Assembly: GCA_951804945.1 (NCBI GenBank)
Contig: OX638150.1
Coordinates: 31,930,001 to 31,994,000, forward strand
DNA length: 64,000 bases
Origin: Podarcis cretensis
Taxonomy: Eukaryota
Direction: 5' to 3'
Below, piece by piece: positions 26,169 to 39,207 of this stretch; the stretch's first letter is position 1; every line of letters begins with the position of its first letter. The notes under the pieces were generated by a model, which saw only the letters and a list, made by a program, of their open reading frames with translations, searched no databases and had not been told where the DNA came from. The position numbers were made by a program, and so were the translations under genes.

Positions 26169-26512
26169 GGACGCGGGTGGCGCTGTGGGTTAAACCACAG
26201 AGCCTAGGACTTGCCGATCAGAAGGTCGGTGGTTCAAATCCCCGCGACGGGTTGAGCTCCCGTTGCTCGGTTCCTGCTCCTGCCAACCTAGCAGTTCGAA
26301 AGCACGTCAAAGTACAAGTAGATAAATAGGTACCGCTCTGGTGGGAAGGTAAACAGCGTTTCCGTGTGCTGCTCTGGTTCACCAGAAACGGCTTAGTCAT
26401 GCTGGCCACATGACCCAGAAGCTGTACACTGGCTCCCTCGGCCAATAAAGTGAGATGAGCGCCGCAACCCCAAAGTCGGTCAAGGACCTAATGGTCAAGG
26501 GACCTTTACTTT
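26169..26512 (+). mobile_element. Sauria SINE (Squam1), full length
   Basis: GGACGCGGGTGGCGCTGTGGGTTAAACC...GGTTCAAATCC...GACCTTTAC tail. Same family as 17878-18229. Confidence 0.9.
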
Positions 26513-26907
26513 TAAGACTCAACACTTGAAGACCAACCTGAATTGGACTTTTTTGCAAGCTGAGTCAGGCTGTGTGCTGTGCTTTAATATTCATTCCCTG
26601 ATGCTGTGTAGTACAGTTGGTTTCAGTATGACTCTTTTTCTGAAGCAAACCTCCCACCCCCCCCCCCAAAAAAAAAGCTTGAGAGAAAATAGCAGTTTGC
26701 AAATTGAGCGTTAATATTGATAGATGTAGACTGGGCTTGGAATATCCACATCCATAGGATATTTGGATTGGGACAGACTTGGAAAATCTCACAAGATATA
26801 TATCTAGATATATTGGATTTGGGTCAGACAGGTTGCTTTTCCAATGGGCATGAAGCCAGCATAGAATGATCTTAATAGGGCATGCCTGCTTTCCCTTTCC
26901 CTTGCAG

Positions 26908-26965
26908 GGTATACGTGGAGCAGCCCTGTGAGACCTCCCCCGTCTGTATTTACATGCGAGATGAG
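26908..26965 (+). CDS. ASPSCR1: ASPSCR1 exon 5
   Basis: CCCTTGCAG acceptor. (R)VYVEQPCETSPVCIYMRDE vs human TPVCVYTRDE. Donor GTAAGT. 58 nt. Confidence 0.95.
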
Positions 26966-27997
26966 GTAAGTCAACAAACCCTCTTCTCAGCCATCCCCCT
27001 TCATCTGCCACTGAAAATAACAAAATATACCCTGCACAGCTTTCCAGCCTGGAAAATGTGTTCCATCTCTGGGCTTGCTGAAGAAGGGAGATGGAAGAGC
27101 TTTGGTCTCTTCAAAGCTTGACGTGTTTGTGTGGGGGAGAAAAAAAAAACCTCTGCTGGAACATAATCACGGGTCGCTCGGCACAAGCCTCTGAGCCCAT
27201 AAAACATTCTCAATGACCTGTCTGTGTGTTTTTTTAAGTTCTTTTAAAGCTCAAGAGTCACAACAGTGGTTTCATTTTAATAAATATTTGCTTTTTCCAT
27301 GTTTTGATCTCTGCAGCATTTTTGTTTTTGTTTAATACTTTATATGTCAGCATTCTGGAGGCTCCCCCTCCCCCAAATAAATAAACAATATCCCTCCCCT
27401 GGGTCTGCATAGATCACCCGTATGCTGAGACTAAGAGGTGATTGACATTGATTCTGCCATCTTGCAAGGGCACAGGGTGGTTGTTTGCCCTTGCAGGGTG
27501 GGTGGCGGAGGCAGTTTATTGTTTCTGAGCTTCCTTCTGGATGAGAAGTTGCCCCCTTGAACATGAATTTGGGAAGTTGTTTAATACCAAGCCAGAAAAG
27601 TAGTTCATTCAACCCAGATTTGTCTACTCTGACTGGCAGTGGCACCTGCCTTTCTGAATCTTATGACCCAAGAATCCTTTCTTTCAAGGGTAGGAAACCT
27701 GTGGCCCTCCAGATGTTGCTGCACTCCCATCATCTCTATCGGCCATGCTGGCTGGGGCAACATCTGGTCATGGGTTCCCCATCCTTCTTCAATTGGAGAT
27801 GCCAAGAACTGGACATGGGACCTTTTATGCCGGCAAAGCTTCCCTGACTCCAGGCTCAACACATTTAAAATAGCATAAAGCTGCTTACAAGTATGACAGA
27901 GTACATGAGGTAGCCCTCAAATTATTCCTTGGTGTCAGTTCTGAGCGTTGAGCCTCTGCATAACTGAGAAGTGTGTCTGCCTTCATCTCTTTTGCAG

Positions 27998-28071
27998 GTA
28001 ACTGGGAAAACTGCTTTGGAGAAGACAAGTCTGAAGTCACTTGGTCTGACAGGAGGCAATGCTATCATCAG
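27998..28071 (+). CDS. ASPSCR1: ASPSCR1 exon 6 (contains the TUGUL diglycine)
   Basis: TTTTGCAG acceptor. VTGKTALEKTSLKSLGLTGGNAII(R) vs human VTGEAALRGTTLQSLGLTGGSATIR. Donor GTTGGG. 74 nt. Confidence 0.96.
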
Positions 28072-29690
28072 GTTGGGAGAAAGAACAAATTGTCTTCCCT
28101 ATTAGTGCACTTTGCTTCCCTCTTTATTTTTTATTTTTTTGCATAAGGGATGCATTTAAGGAAATGTCCAGAGACCAATATTTGTGGTCCTTGATAATTA
28201 TTGGATTTTCCTTTTTAGGAAACAGCTGCTTAGATATACTTTCTGTAGCTGCAGCTGCTGCCACTTACCCCCCAATTTTGCTGGGAGGAATTTCTTCATA
28301 ATGGCTTGTCTGCTTCACTCAGGAGGAAGCACTGTGAAACTCTGAGCAGAACCCTTAACTGCTTCTAGCAGACCATATATCCATTTTTTGCAGCATTCCA
28401 GCTGACTGGAAAAGTTTGCCTTCACTGGTTCCAGAATACATTCTCCTGCACCAGGAAATTGGTCACCTGGTGCCCTCCAGATGTGGTCGAGCTCCAATTC
28501 CCATCAGCCCCAGCCAGCAGTGCCAGTGGTCAGGGATGGTGGGAGATGTGGTCTCTAAAACGTCTGGTTCCCGATCCTTGACTTATCCATCCCTCCCTAT
28601 AAATATAGATAAGCAAGAGAGGACTAGCTTCACATGAGATGAGATTGGTAAGGATGTGGGGCAGGGCTTTCTTAACACCAGTAGCCATATTGTACATCCC
28701 CATGAGTTTTTCCTGGCTCTCTTGCTTTTTTCCTTTTGCCGGCAGTGAAAAACTTAGTCTTCCCATCTTGCTGATTGCTGATGTACTTTTTAACATGAAT
28801 CTGAAGTTGTTCATTTTGAGTTTGCTGTCTTTTAGCTCTTAAAACATACAACACTGACTATTTGTGAACCCTGAAATAACTAATTTGGGGGGTTAGTGGT
28901 GGCGGCGGCATTTCTGCCTCTTCCATGCAGCTTCAGGTGTTGGAGAATGCAACATCTGAGTATCTGAAATTAAAATTTCAGGCATGATACTCAAACCCTT
29001 GATTAGGTCTTCCAGTATTTACCTTAGTCACACACCCCTTAGCCTGGGACATGTGGCGTTGCTCCTTTCACATTATCTTTCCAAGAGCTACTTCATCATT
29101 AAAGGAAAAGACTGATTCTAGCTTTCCTGCAGTGGGCTGACCACATAGTTTCTGTAGGGGAGTGATATTTTTCCTGTGTATGTCTGTACATACTTATGTC
29201 TCCTGACCTACTTTCTGGACTGCATGATAGGGATACTCTTGTTAATTAATAAATCTGTATGTTGTGATTTGTATTCTGTTAGTTCAGGTCACTTTTATTA
29301 GCCGTAAGCTCTGACTTGTTTTCTTCTTTGTCCATTATGCAACTGATCAAAATGGTGGGATAGTGGGTAGGACTGGTCTCTTTTCCTATAAGAGGCGCAG
29401 TGAACTTGGATTGTGATCTGCAACTTGTTAACTTACTCCTGCTTGTCTTATCGTCCCAAAATTGGAGCCCCCGGGACAAAATGCCCACTTTTGTTCATGT
29501 AAAGAGTGGCATTTATTTTTAGGCATTGCTTCTGTGGCGTGTTGTGTGCCCAGATTTTTCGAAGTTGTTGTTTGTTCCTTTCTTGAGGAAATGACTTGGG
29601 AAACTTGTTTAGCCTGAGCTGTTTGTGAATAAGAAAAAAATCAACATTTCCACTGTCAGCGACTGCTTCACTCTTTCCCTTTATGTCTAG

Positions 29691-30108
29691 GGTGGTCAAA
29701 AAGAAGTCCACCACCTCTGGCCACGCAGAAGCTGGAAGTGGTGAATATCCTTCTGAAGATCTGACAGCAAGGTCACCTTCCAGCGAAGAGCCAGGGGGTC
29801 TGCCTGTGCCACATACAGCTGCCTCCCCAGCAACTTCAACCTGCAGCGATGAGGCTGTGTTTGCCAGCAATAGCACCGATAAGCAGGACAGGAGTGCAGA
29901 ATCTCAGAGCAGCTCAGTGACCTGCCATTCTCCTTCGGTGCCTTCCCCATTTGTCCCTTTTGTAGGTGGTGGCCAACGTCTGAGTGGTGGCTCTTCTGTA
30001 TTGGATGTGCCATCGCCAAGCTTATCAACATCTCTGTCCAGTCCTGGAGGGCCTTCCAAGCCAAAGAAGCTAAAAAACAGTCCAGAAAAGCTAAAGGAAC
30101 AAAAAGAG
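29691..30108 (+). CDS. ASPSCR1: ASPSCR1 exon 7 (Ser/Pro-rich linker with SHP box)
   Basis: CTAG acceptor. Open frame containing the SHP box FVPFVGGGQRL (29950-29982) and LSSPGGPSKPKK. Donor GAG|GTAGAG; an alternative in-frame donor follows 30114, so the 3' end is uncertain by 6 nt. Confidence 0.92.
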
Positions 30109-33100
30109 GTAGAGGTTTGGCTTTCTTACAGTGTTCTGGGGAGGCGGGATTTTCTTTGCTTGTCCCCCTTTAGCACTGGCTTTTGAAGAGATGGAGGAAG
30201 CTTGTTAGAGTTCCACTCCCATAATCCTACAGTAAACCTCTGGCCTACAACCTCTGATGTTGATGAACATCACATAGTTCGGGCAGAGTTTGATCTTCGG
30301 CCTGCTTGACCTGATGTATTAAGAGTCAAAGTGGAATAAGTTGGTGGGAAAGCGGGAATTTATAGCCCTTATCTGGTGCATTTGAAATCCAAGTTGTTAG
30401 GAACCAGTGAAGTTAGGTGAAAGTGACAGGGCTGAGTCAAAAGTGCAGCACAGATCTTAGGGATTTGCTGTGCAGACTGAAGGATTAAGCACAGAAACTG
30501 AACTGTACATTCACAACCAGTGGCAGAAGACTATGAAGCTAGTTGCACTCTTCTGCTGAAATTGGAATGGATCTTGATTTACTAAAGCTTCCTCTGGTGT
30601 TGTCTCCTGTTCTCTGAATGGATTCCATAGTTGAGAGGTTCTTTGACTTCCTTAACTCAGCAGGACTTCTGCTTCTTCACAGCTTTTCTAGCATCCGAAT
30701 GCATCAGGAGGGGGAAATAACCCTGAGATCTTATTGGGGTTGTCCTCCAGAAATGAGAGTCGAGTTGCAGCAACTGCTGTTATCCTCTGGTTTACTATAG
30801 TTTAATTGACTTTGCTATATTTTTCTTCTGACACCTTCCTGTTGTGGAATTCCTGAAGTTTTGGTCTCTTGTGACCTTTTTGACTGAGCTAGCCAAGAGA
30901 AATGAGTAAAGAAAATAATTAGGGACAGTAAGTGAAACACCAATCCAGTAAGTGAAATTGAGCCAATCCTTCCCCCTGCCCCAGTCTAGGCATATCTTTC
31001 TGATGTGCTTGGGATATGATTTGCCCTCGGTCTTTTCCCCTGTGTAGCTTCTGATACAGAAAGCAAACGTTTCCCTGGCAAGGTGATGCATACCTATGAG
31101 CACTCATAACTGTGTGGTCCTTTGTGACCTCTGGTTCTTGAGTGTGTCACTGAATGCTGCCCTACCTTGCTGGCATCCGGGACTAGAAAAGGACCATGAT
31201 TTAATTCTTGAGGATGCAGCTGAAGGGTTGGCTGGTTTTGTTCAATTCTGATACTTGGATTGAGGCCAGCCTTAACTCTTCTTACATGGTTTTGCCTGTA
31301 GCTAAGGAAACCTCCTGTTCAACAACCTAGACACCCTTGACAAACTTGTGTAATGGTACGTTTTTAGAGGAAATTCTTAGTTTACAAAGCAACATTCTGC
31401 AATCAGATGCTTGGTGTCCTTATATTCCCATAAGCAAAATAAGAACAACTTTGTAAGCGCGTAATATTTGAACAGATTCAACATAAATAGGAATGTTAAG
31501 TTAATTCCGCCCCCCCATACAGCTCGAGTAATGATTACGTGTTAGGCAAAACTTGCCATTAAAAATGCACAAAATGGATGGCTGCCAAAGACCTGAGGTC
31601 CTTATATTCATGTGACAACAAATCTGTGGGTCACCATGCATACCAAGTAAATTGGACTTGTGGATCAACATGCCAAAAAGGTTGGAAAGCAGGGCCAATG
31701 GAGCGGTGTCTCGGGAGCAGCTGCAGGTTCTGTTGGAGGCTTCCCTCCCTCATGCTAAACAGCGTGCGACTCTGACGGCTGCTTTCAGGCCCTTTGATCT
31801 CGGGTGCCTTTGCCGCTGATTGATTACGTTGCGCTCCCTCCTCCATTCCTTCCATTCCCTTGCCTTGCTCTCATCAGCAGCTCCAGAATGGGGCTGGCCG
31901 CATGGCATCTGCTTTTTGTCCCTTTTCAGTCCAGAGGGGGAAGAAGAAAAAAACCCCAAAACAAAACAAATTATTTTTAAACATCAAAGGTCCATTTTAG
32001 CAAAAGAATCTTCCCATTAATGTTGTGCCTGTGTGTGGTTTTTTGGATTTGATGGAAGAGGCTGGATAAAATCTGTGCCGGCGTCCCTCCACTTCTGGGC
32101 TGGGGATGGTTTACAGACCAGCCATACTTTGATGTCAAAACATTAATTATTAGAAGGTAGCTTAGCTCCAAATTCCCCTAGAGATCAGAGACTTCTGCAG
32201 TGTGGGAGAGGAGCTGGTTTTGCCCCACCACCTTGCTTTAACGTCACAGCAATCCCTGCCACCCTTTTGACTGTGGACCGCAGTAATACGTAGGAGTGTA
32301 AAGGGTAGGTTTGAGTGACAAGGCCAAAGCACTGGGCAAATGGATGGCCTGTAATACTGTTGGCAAAGGATCTCTTGAGAGTTTTGGTTTGGAAATGCGT
32401 ACTGAAGAGAGTGGACGTGGGCTAGTAATTTCGCATTTATTACTCCCTTAAGTGCTTTTTGCAGCGGTTTCCAGAATTGAAGAATCATCTCAGGCAAAAG
32501 GACCACTGAAGAACTTTTGTCATGCAACCTGCATGCGAGCATCATAGCTAGTTCTTGACATCCTTCTCTGAAGGCTATGATCAGACCATGCAGCCCCTCC
32601 AGGCATTGACTGATGATGGTGTTGAGAGTTGTGGTGCTGCCCATCAGCCCCTCTGTTACAACTGTACACCCGAAGCTGAAAGTTGACGCGGTAAATTACA
32701 TCATATTGAAGATCTACTGGAAGAGCTTGGTATTCAAAAAGTCCTGTTCCCTTTGTCTCCATTTTTGGCAGCCCTCCCTAGCCACACTGGAAGTTGCCAA
32801 TGTCCTGGGTTTGTTTAATAGTCTGTAGAGAGGAATGTGTTGCATTGTTTCTGTCCTCAAGTCAATTACTTGTTTCTAGACAGAGCCCTTCTGGGATTTG
32901 CTTCAGCTATTGAGCAGTCAGTGCTGCTGAGAGAAGAGACAAATGTTGACAGTTCAGATTATGGAAGAATTTTATACCAAGCAAGTTGTATTGAGTTGGT
33001 GGGAAAGACCTGAAGATCTTAAAGCAGGCATAGAGAACCTCTGGCCTGCAGACCTAATCTGACCCACCAGCCCCCAGTGCTCTCCCTACACGCCCCCCCC

Positions 33101-35502
33101 CCAGTTGTTCTGTTCTGCCGAGAGCTGGCAAGGCCAGGAAAAGAGCAAAAATGTGTCTCCCAGGGAATCATCAGACTTTGTTTCATGCTTCCATGGGAGA
33201 ATGATATTGGAGTGATGGAGAAGTTAGTGTGCCAGGCTTAAAGAGTTCTTCCATCTTGAAGTAGAGCATAAAAGCACAGCTTTAAATGGGCATTAAAGGA
33301 TGGAAGAAGAACTGTGGTAAGAGGGATGTGACACTTGTGAAATGTCCCATTATATTATCCCAAATGAACCTTGACTTTAAGCCTGCCTTTTAAACCTTGG
33401 GTACCCAGATGTTGTTGGACTAAAACTCCCAACATTCCTAGCTAGCAGGACCAGTAGTTAGGGATGATAGGAGTTGTAGTCCAACAACTTCTGGAGACCT
33501 AAGTGGTTGAGAGAGGCTGCTGTACCTTGTGTGATCCTGTAATAGGTGCAATAGTTTGGTGCTCTCGGATTAAACCAGGAATTTCCGCCAGTATGCTAGC
33601 TGGCTCTTGATTCTGGGCTCTCTTCTTCACATAGGGAATCTGTGGTGTGGGAGTTAATTTTTCCTCCAGACTTTGCTAGGAGTAGTAGCTGTCTTTGCCA
33701 CACAAACACACACCAGTTTTTGATTGGATCTTTCCAGTGTAGAGGTTAGAGGTGTGGAAATAGGACCGTAGGTTTTAGATGGGGTGTCAAAGGACCCTTT
33801 TACATCACTCTATAGTAAATTGCTCCTAGCGGCTGTCCCAGACTGTCAGCACAAGGCGGTTGCTTATCCATTCTGCTTCTTCTGCCAGTCCCTAAACAGC
33901 CAGCGTAAGGCGACAGTAGTCTTTGAAGGAGGACAGATTGGCAGCTCACGGGTACTTCTTGTGCTTTCTGCCCAGAGAAAGCTACAATCAGGCTCCTTCA
34001 CCCTCTAGTTAGACCTAACTCTCTTCAACTTTCTAAAAGTAGCTGAGGGTCCCACCCACGCAACCTCACTCTTTTAACTTCCCAAATTACCCTCTGGTGC
34101 CCACAAATAGAGAAAATCTTGCCTTGTAATTTGTGTTGTCTCTACTGACAATTGAGAGAGACTCCTTCTATTCCCAGAGGGCTTGTTCGGGGTGGGAGGG
34201 GTGGTGGTGATGCTGCAGAGAAGTGAGAATAAGATAGGACAGTAGATGGCCAGGGATGTGTGGGTGGGAAAGAGGGCACAGACAGGGATGTGCTAGAGAC
34301 ATTAAGCGTGGGGGGTATGGGTGATTATAAATAGGAACGTCCCAAGTTCACGGAGTCTGGGGCCAGGCTAAGCAGATCATTGATGGTCAAGGATGCTGGT
34401 CTTCAAAGCAGCCTATTAACAATACAGACCAAGTGGTGCCATCATTTTTTAGCTCTGGATTTACAGAGTGTCAGCCAGTAGCTCTGCAGTGCAGCACCTT
34501 CTCTTTTCTGTCAGCACTAGCAGGACTGTTTGCCAACTGAATGGAATCTTATGCATGCATGGAGGGGAAACTGAAAAGAGAGACTATATCAGCAGTGGCA
34601 ACAGAGCCTCTTCCCCTCCATCCTTCACCAACTTTCCTGTTTACATCTCTGATCTGTAGTAATTCTGATGTAGATTGGTACTTGCAGATGCAGGTTATTC
34701 CAGTGTGTGGGGTGCAGCTGATAACCAGCTCCCACAAGCCCCAAGTCTTTCTGCTTCCAGTCGAACATATAGCGTGGTATCAATGTCAAGCTCACTGTTC
34801 GGTAGTTGCATAGCCTTGATGCTTCTGCTCTATATAATCTGCTATAAGCCACCAGTGCTGGGTTCAATGAAATCTGTCTCTTGTTCATGCTTGTCACTTC
34901 TGCATAACTATTTCCGAGTTCCTTCAGTCTCCCCAAAACTGATGGAGGCTTTCCATAGCAATCTTGACTGAATCAGTTCTCCATGGGCAACATACCTGAT
35001 GTGGACAAGGAGGAGTGGCAGCAGCTTTCAGGCTATAAAGCATGCAGAGATTGCTACTTAACAGACTAATTCTGAAGCTCAGAAGGGCACATTTTGTATC
35101 ATCTCTGATTTTCACAGTGGAGGATCACTTGCTTGTAAACCATCCCAATCAACAGCAGAACCTGCTTGATTGTGCAAACCTGTTGCATGAGAAAGCTCAG
35201 TTAGAAGCCTTCTTTTTTCAGTGTGCAAGCTGTGCACATTTGAGGAGATTTTGGCATTGTATTCAAGCGAGAATTCTGAGGTGGTGCACTTCCATGTGTT
35301 CTGTGCCTTGTGCCCTTATTTAAGCTTATATTATTGTGTGTCAACTAAGAAGGTTTGCCCAATCCCATTTTCACATGTTGGTCCTATTGTCGTGCGGATT
35401 TTTAAAACTGATTGCATTTAAATAATAATTTGGGGAAAATGAAATCAAATAAATTTTAATTTTTTTAAAATTACATAGATTCAGCTGTACTATTTATGAG
35501 AC

Positions 35503-35557
<55 letters not shown>
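35503..35557. repeat. (CTTT)n microsatellite
   Basis: Read directly from the sequence. Confidence 0.95.
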
Positions 35558-36235
35558 ATGGCTCCTAGCAGCTTTAGTTCAAAGCACAGCTGCTCTGCTG
35601 CCCTGGGTAAAAATGCTTTAAAATGCTGCAGAAAGAGGCTTTTTGCCCACTGCTTCCTGTGTAATTGTGTAGGCACAAAGGGACCTTGTACAGTAAAAAA
35701 GATGGCTACCCCAACAGCACATGGAGGCATCCATATTTTTTTCCATACAATGTCCCTTTGTTTGTTCCTTTGTGTGCAACCACTTACCGCAACATTTTAA
35801 AAGCACCTTTACCCGGTGCTGTTCTTTGAAGCTGTTCTTAGCGGCTTCGCAGTGGGAAGGAAGGAAGGAAAGCAGTCTTCAGACCATCTTGTAAGTGGAA
35901 TGAGTGAACTGTGTTTCAGAAAGGTTTGCACATCTACAGGTACAGGAGTACTTGTTTATGGGGTATGAACCAGGGAACTAACCTCACATTGCAGAGCAGA
36001 TAAAATCCTTCTCCATTTCTATTTTAAGACCAGGAAAGAGATTCACACGGGGAATGATTAAGCTGAAAGTTACTGTAATTCTGAAGCCTTTTTGTAGTTA
36101 AACGAACAAATGCTTTTGGGCAGGATTTTCTGGACACCCCCAAAAAGCACAATTTTACATATGTAAATGTGCTCAGCTGATTCCATGCCTTCTTGGATCC
36201 AGTCATCTGAACTCCAGTTCCTATGTTCTTTACAG

Positions 36236-36375
36236 CATCTGGAGCGAGAGCCAATTTTGTGCCATCCAGATCTACAGAAGCCACTGGATTTTGGCTCACA
36301 AGAACTTCCAGATGAGTTCTTTGAGGTGACTGTAGATGATGTGAGGAAACGTTTGTCTCAGCTCCAGAATGAGAG
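36236..36375 (+). CDS. ASPSCR1: ASPSCR1 exon 8 (helical lariat of the extended UBX)
   Basis: TTTACAG acceptor. HLEREPILCHPDLQKPLDFGSQELPDEFFEVTVDDVRKRLSQLQNE(R). Donor GTAAGT. 140 nt. Confidence 0.97.
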
Positions 36376-36558
36376 GTAAGTTTCTTTTTCATTAGTGATG
36401 CAGTCACTCCATCTGTAGTATGTTGTGGCTGGCCACTGACAATAACGGAATTTTCACCCTCTGTATTTTCTACATTTCACTTCCTTCTGACCTTACAATT
36501 TATAGTTCTCTCCACCATATGTGTGTGTATATTCCTATAATTTAGGATTATACTTCAG

Positions 36559-36675
36559 GTATCTGGTGAAGTGGACTATAGCCCATAAAAGCTTATGGCA
36601 TAATACATTTGCTAATCTTTAAGTGGCCACAAGTGTCTTTCATATTTTTCCTGCAATGGACTAACACAGCTAATT
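36559..36675 (+). mobile_element. Penelope-like element remnant with degenerate hammerhead motif
   Basis: GTATCTGGTGAAGTGG...CCATAAAAGCTTAT...AATCTTTAAGTGGCCACAAG...GACTAACACAGCTA resembles the short Penelope terminal repeat seen in reptiles. Confidence 0.6.
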
Positions 36676-39125
36676 CCACCTATAGGCTGTTTCACAATCT
36701 TGCTGACACAAAGCATATCACAGTATAGGTCTGCATTGGCCTAATATCTGGGAGAATCACATGCTGTTATAGTGTCACCCATGTTCTTTGAGATTTTGAA
36801 TCTTTCTCATAGTTTCCCACATAATCAAGTACGTTCACCTGTCCCAGATGGTGTTTTAATATATTTCCCTAAGAGCTCAGGAAATTAGCATAAAATTAGA
36901 CACCACTCAGCATGATGCTTAGAAGAATTAAAGTACAATATTCTGAATTTAGTGGGTGTACTCCCAAGTTAGTGTGAAGCTGTAATATGATAAATAAACT
37001 ATTTCATTGAAATTGGATAGGGAAGGGTTTTTTGTTTCTTTGCTCAAATTACAGGCATGGGAAATGTGTCTTCTAAGCGAAAGGGGGGAAACATTAATTT
37101 CTTTGTGAGTGCTGAGATCAGGTTGTAGTAGTTATTCCAGGCATACACCTCTGTTCTAAGGAGCTGACAAATACAGTTGCCTCCTGCAAGGCTGAAGGTT
37201 TATCTAGGCTGCTATTTTCCTAGTTGATGTTTCAATTTCGTAAGCCTTATTTCTTTCCAGTACCTCTAGCCAGTGTGTCTAGGTCACAGAGTTGTTTAGA
37301 AATTCTTGATACACTTTATGTCATCTACTAGATGCCTCTGTTATAAACACTGGAAAAAAGATAGACGACTGGACAGCAAAGCTCATGATTTCTTTGTTTA
37401 TATATTGGCAATCCCATTTAGTTCCCTTTGATCACAATGCAAGTCATCAGGTGCTAAGCCAAAAAGCAAATCCATGTCAGAATTCTGTTTCCTCTCATTT
37501 TTACACTGTGGCAATATTTTCCAGTTTAAAACTGAAATTTTCATCTGCTGTGGCAATGAAATGGGATTACACAAGACACAGGAAGAAAGGAGATTACACC
37601 AATTGTGGATCAGGCAATATAAACGAGAGGAGGGATGAGCCCGGTGCCAGCTTATTTTTGTGTTCTTCCACAAACTTCTAGGGTGACCTAGTTGGATTCT
37701 ACATTTCCCCATTCCTTGACAGTTGCCTTGCCACTCCTGAATAATATTTGGGATAAACATGAGCGTGTGTAGTTGTCACATTACTCATATACTCCCCAAT
37801 ACTGTTACATATTTATAACATAGGCTGTCATTAGATCTCACTGATACTGTACTTGGATTTTGGAAGGAAAAAACTAAATCTGAAGACAAGGAGGTAAACT
37901 TTATTGACCATTGCAAAGATAACAGATTGCCCCATTTTAGAAATTGGAACAAAGCCTGCATGTGAATTGGTCTTTACACAGAGTGTGCAACAATGGGGGG
38001 GGGGGTCACAAAGCAGACAAATGGTGTTAACACAAGTGAAGGTAGTCTGGATTGTGATACTTTTCAATACATGTTTTTCATGATTCTCCCCCCCCAAAAA
38101 AAACAACAACAACAAACTTTTAGATGGAAGGACTAATGCACAAATGAAAGGATTAGCTTGATCTTTCCGTAAGCTTGTGAATATTTGTATGGTTTCACTG
38201 GAGGTTTTTCTTTGCAGCTTTGCAAAGTTTTTTTTAAAAAAAATAGTTGAAGAAAGTGAAGGAGTAAAGTAATTTAAATGAAAAGTGCTGTGTCATTTCT
38301 TAAAGTAAACAATTAAACTGTGGAGCTGTGAAATCTGTGGAAGAACACCTCTGAGCTGTATCTGCCGTTTTGTTTTTAAACTTCTCTGATTACAGTATAT
38401 CCTTTACCGCTCATCAGTCTTGGTGAATCAACATTTTGAATTAAATGTCAAATGAATCAAACTTCCCTCTTTAACTTCCAGTCATTCCTTTGGTATTGTG
38501 GTATGGCATTTGTTGCACCATAGGGAAGGCTGAATTGAGCTTTCTGTTTAAGGCTGAAGCTTCTTGAAGACTGTACAGTCTGTCCCTGCACCTCCCCATG
38601 ATTTTAGAATAGTTGGAAATTGCACAGGGGGTACCTGTGTGAGGAGTTTTCAAAATATGAGCACACATATTGCATAGTTTCAGTTTATATGCTTGTCACA
38701 ACTTCTTTTCTACACCACAAGGGGGAAATCTGGCAAGGCTGTTACCAGCAGACTTTTCCCCAAACTAAGTAAAAATTACAAAATGCATTATTTCAAACAT
38801 TAATCTTAAATTGTTATAAATGTATAGTGCTGGTGCAAACATTTGAACATAACCAAAATTGTTCAGCCACTTTCAAATATGTTTGAGATTTGTTTGGTTA
38901 AAATGATTTTGCTGCAGAGTTTCTCAGATCCTCCTCTTTTGCAATCTTGTTTTGGGAGTGTGTAGTAGTGCTTTGTTTTAGACAAACATACACAGAGGTA
39001 GAGAGCAGGAAGGAGAATGTATGGAGCTTAAGCAGATAAGATAGTTACTAGATTGTGTGGAGTGGCAGCCCCTGGCTATATAGATCTGTGACTATACTGG
39101 CTTGCTAAGCTTCCACCCTTCCTAG

Positions 39126-39207
39126 GAAGCGTTTGGAAGAATCTCCCTTGATGACACGAGTACAGCGAGAAACTCAGCTGAAGGACAAGCTTGAGCGCTA
39201 TCCAAAG
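39126..39207 (+). CDS. ASPSCR1: ASPSCR1 exon 9
   Basis: CCTAG acceptor. KRLEESPLMTRVQRETQLKDKLERYPK. Donor GTAATG. 82 nt. Confidence 0.97.

Noticed and set aside
36024-36407. 127-aa antisense ORF over exon 8 (likewise 29448-29876 and 29696-30064 over exon 7)
   Set aside because: Shadow ORFs of real coding exons, with no independent protein similarity.
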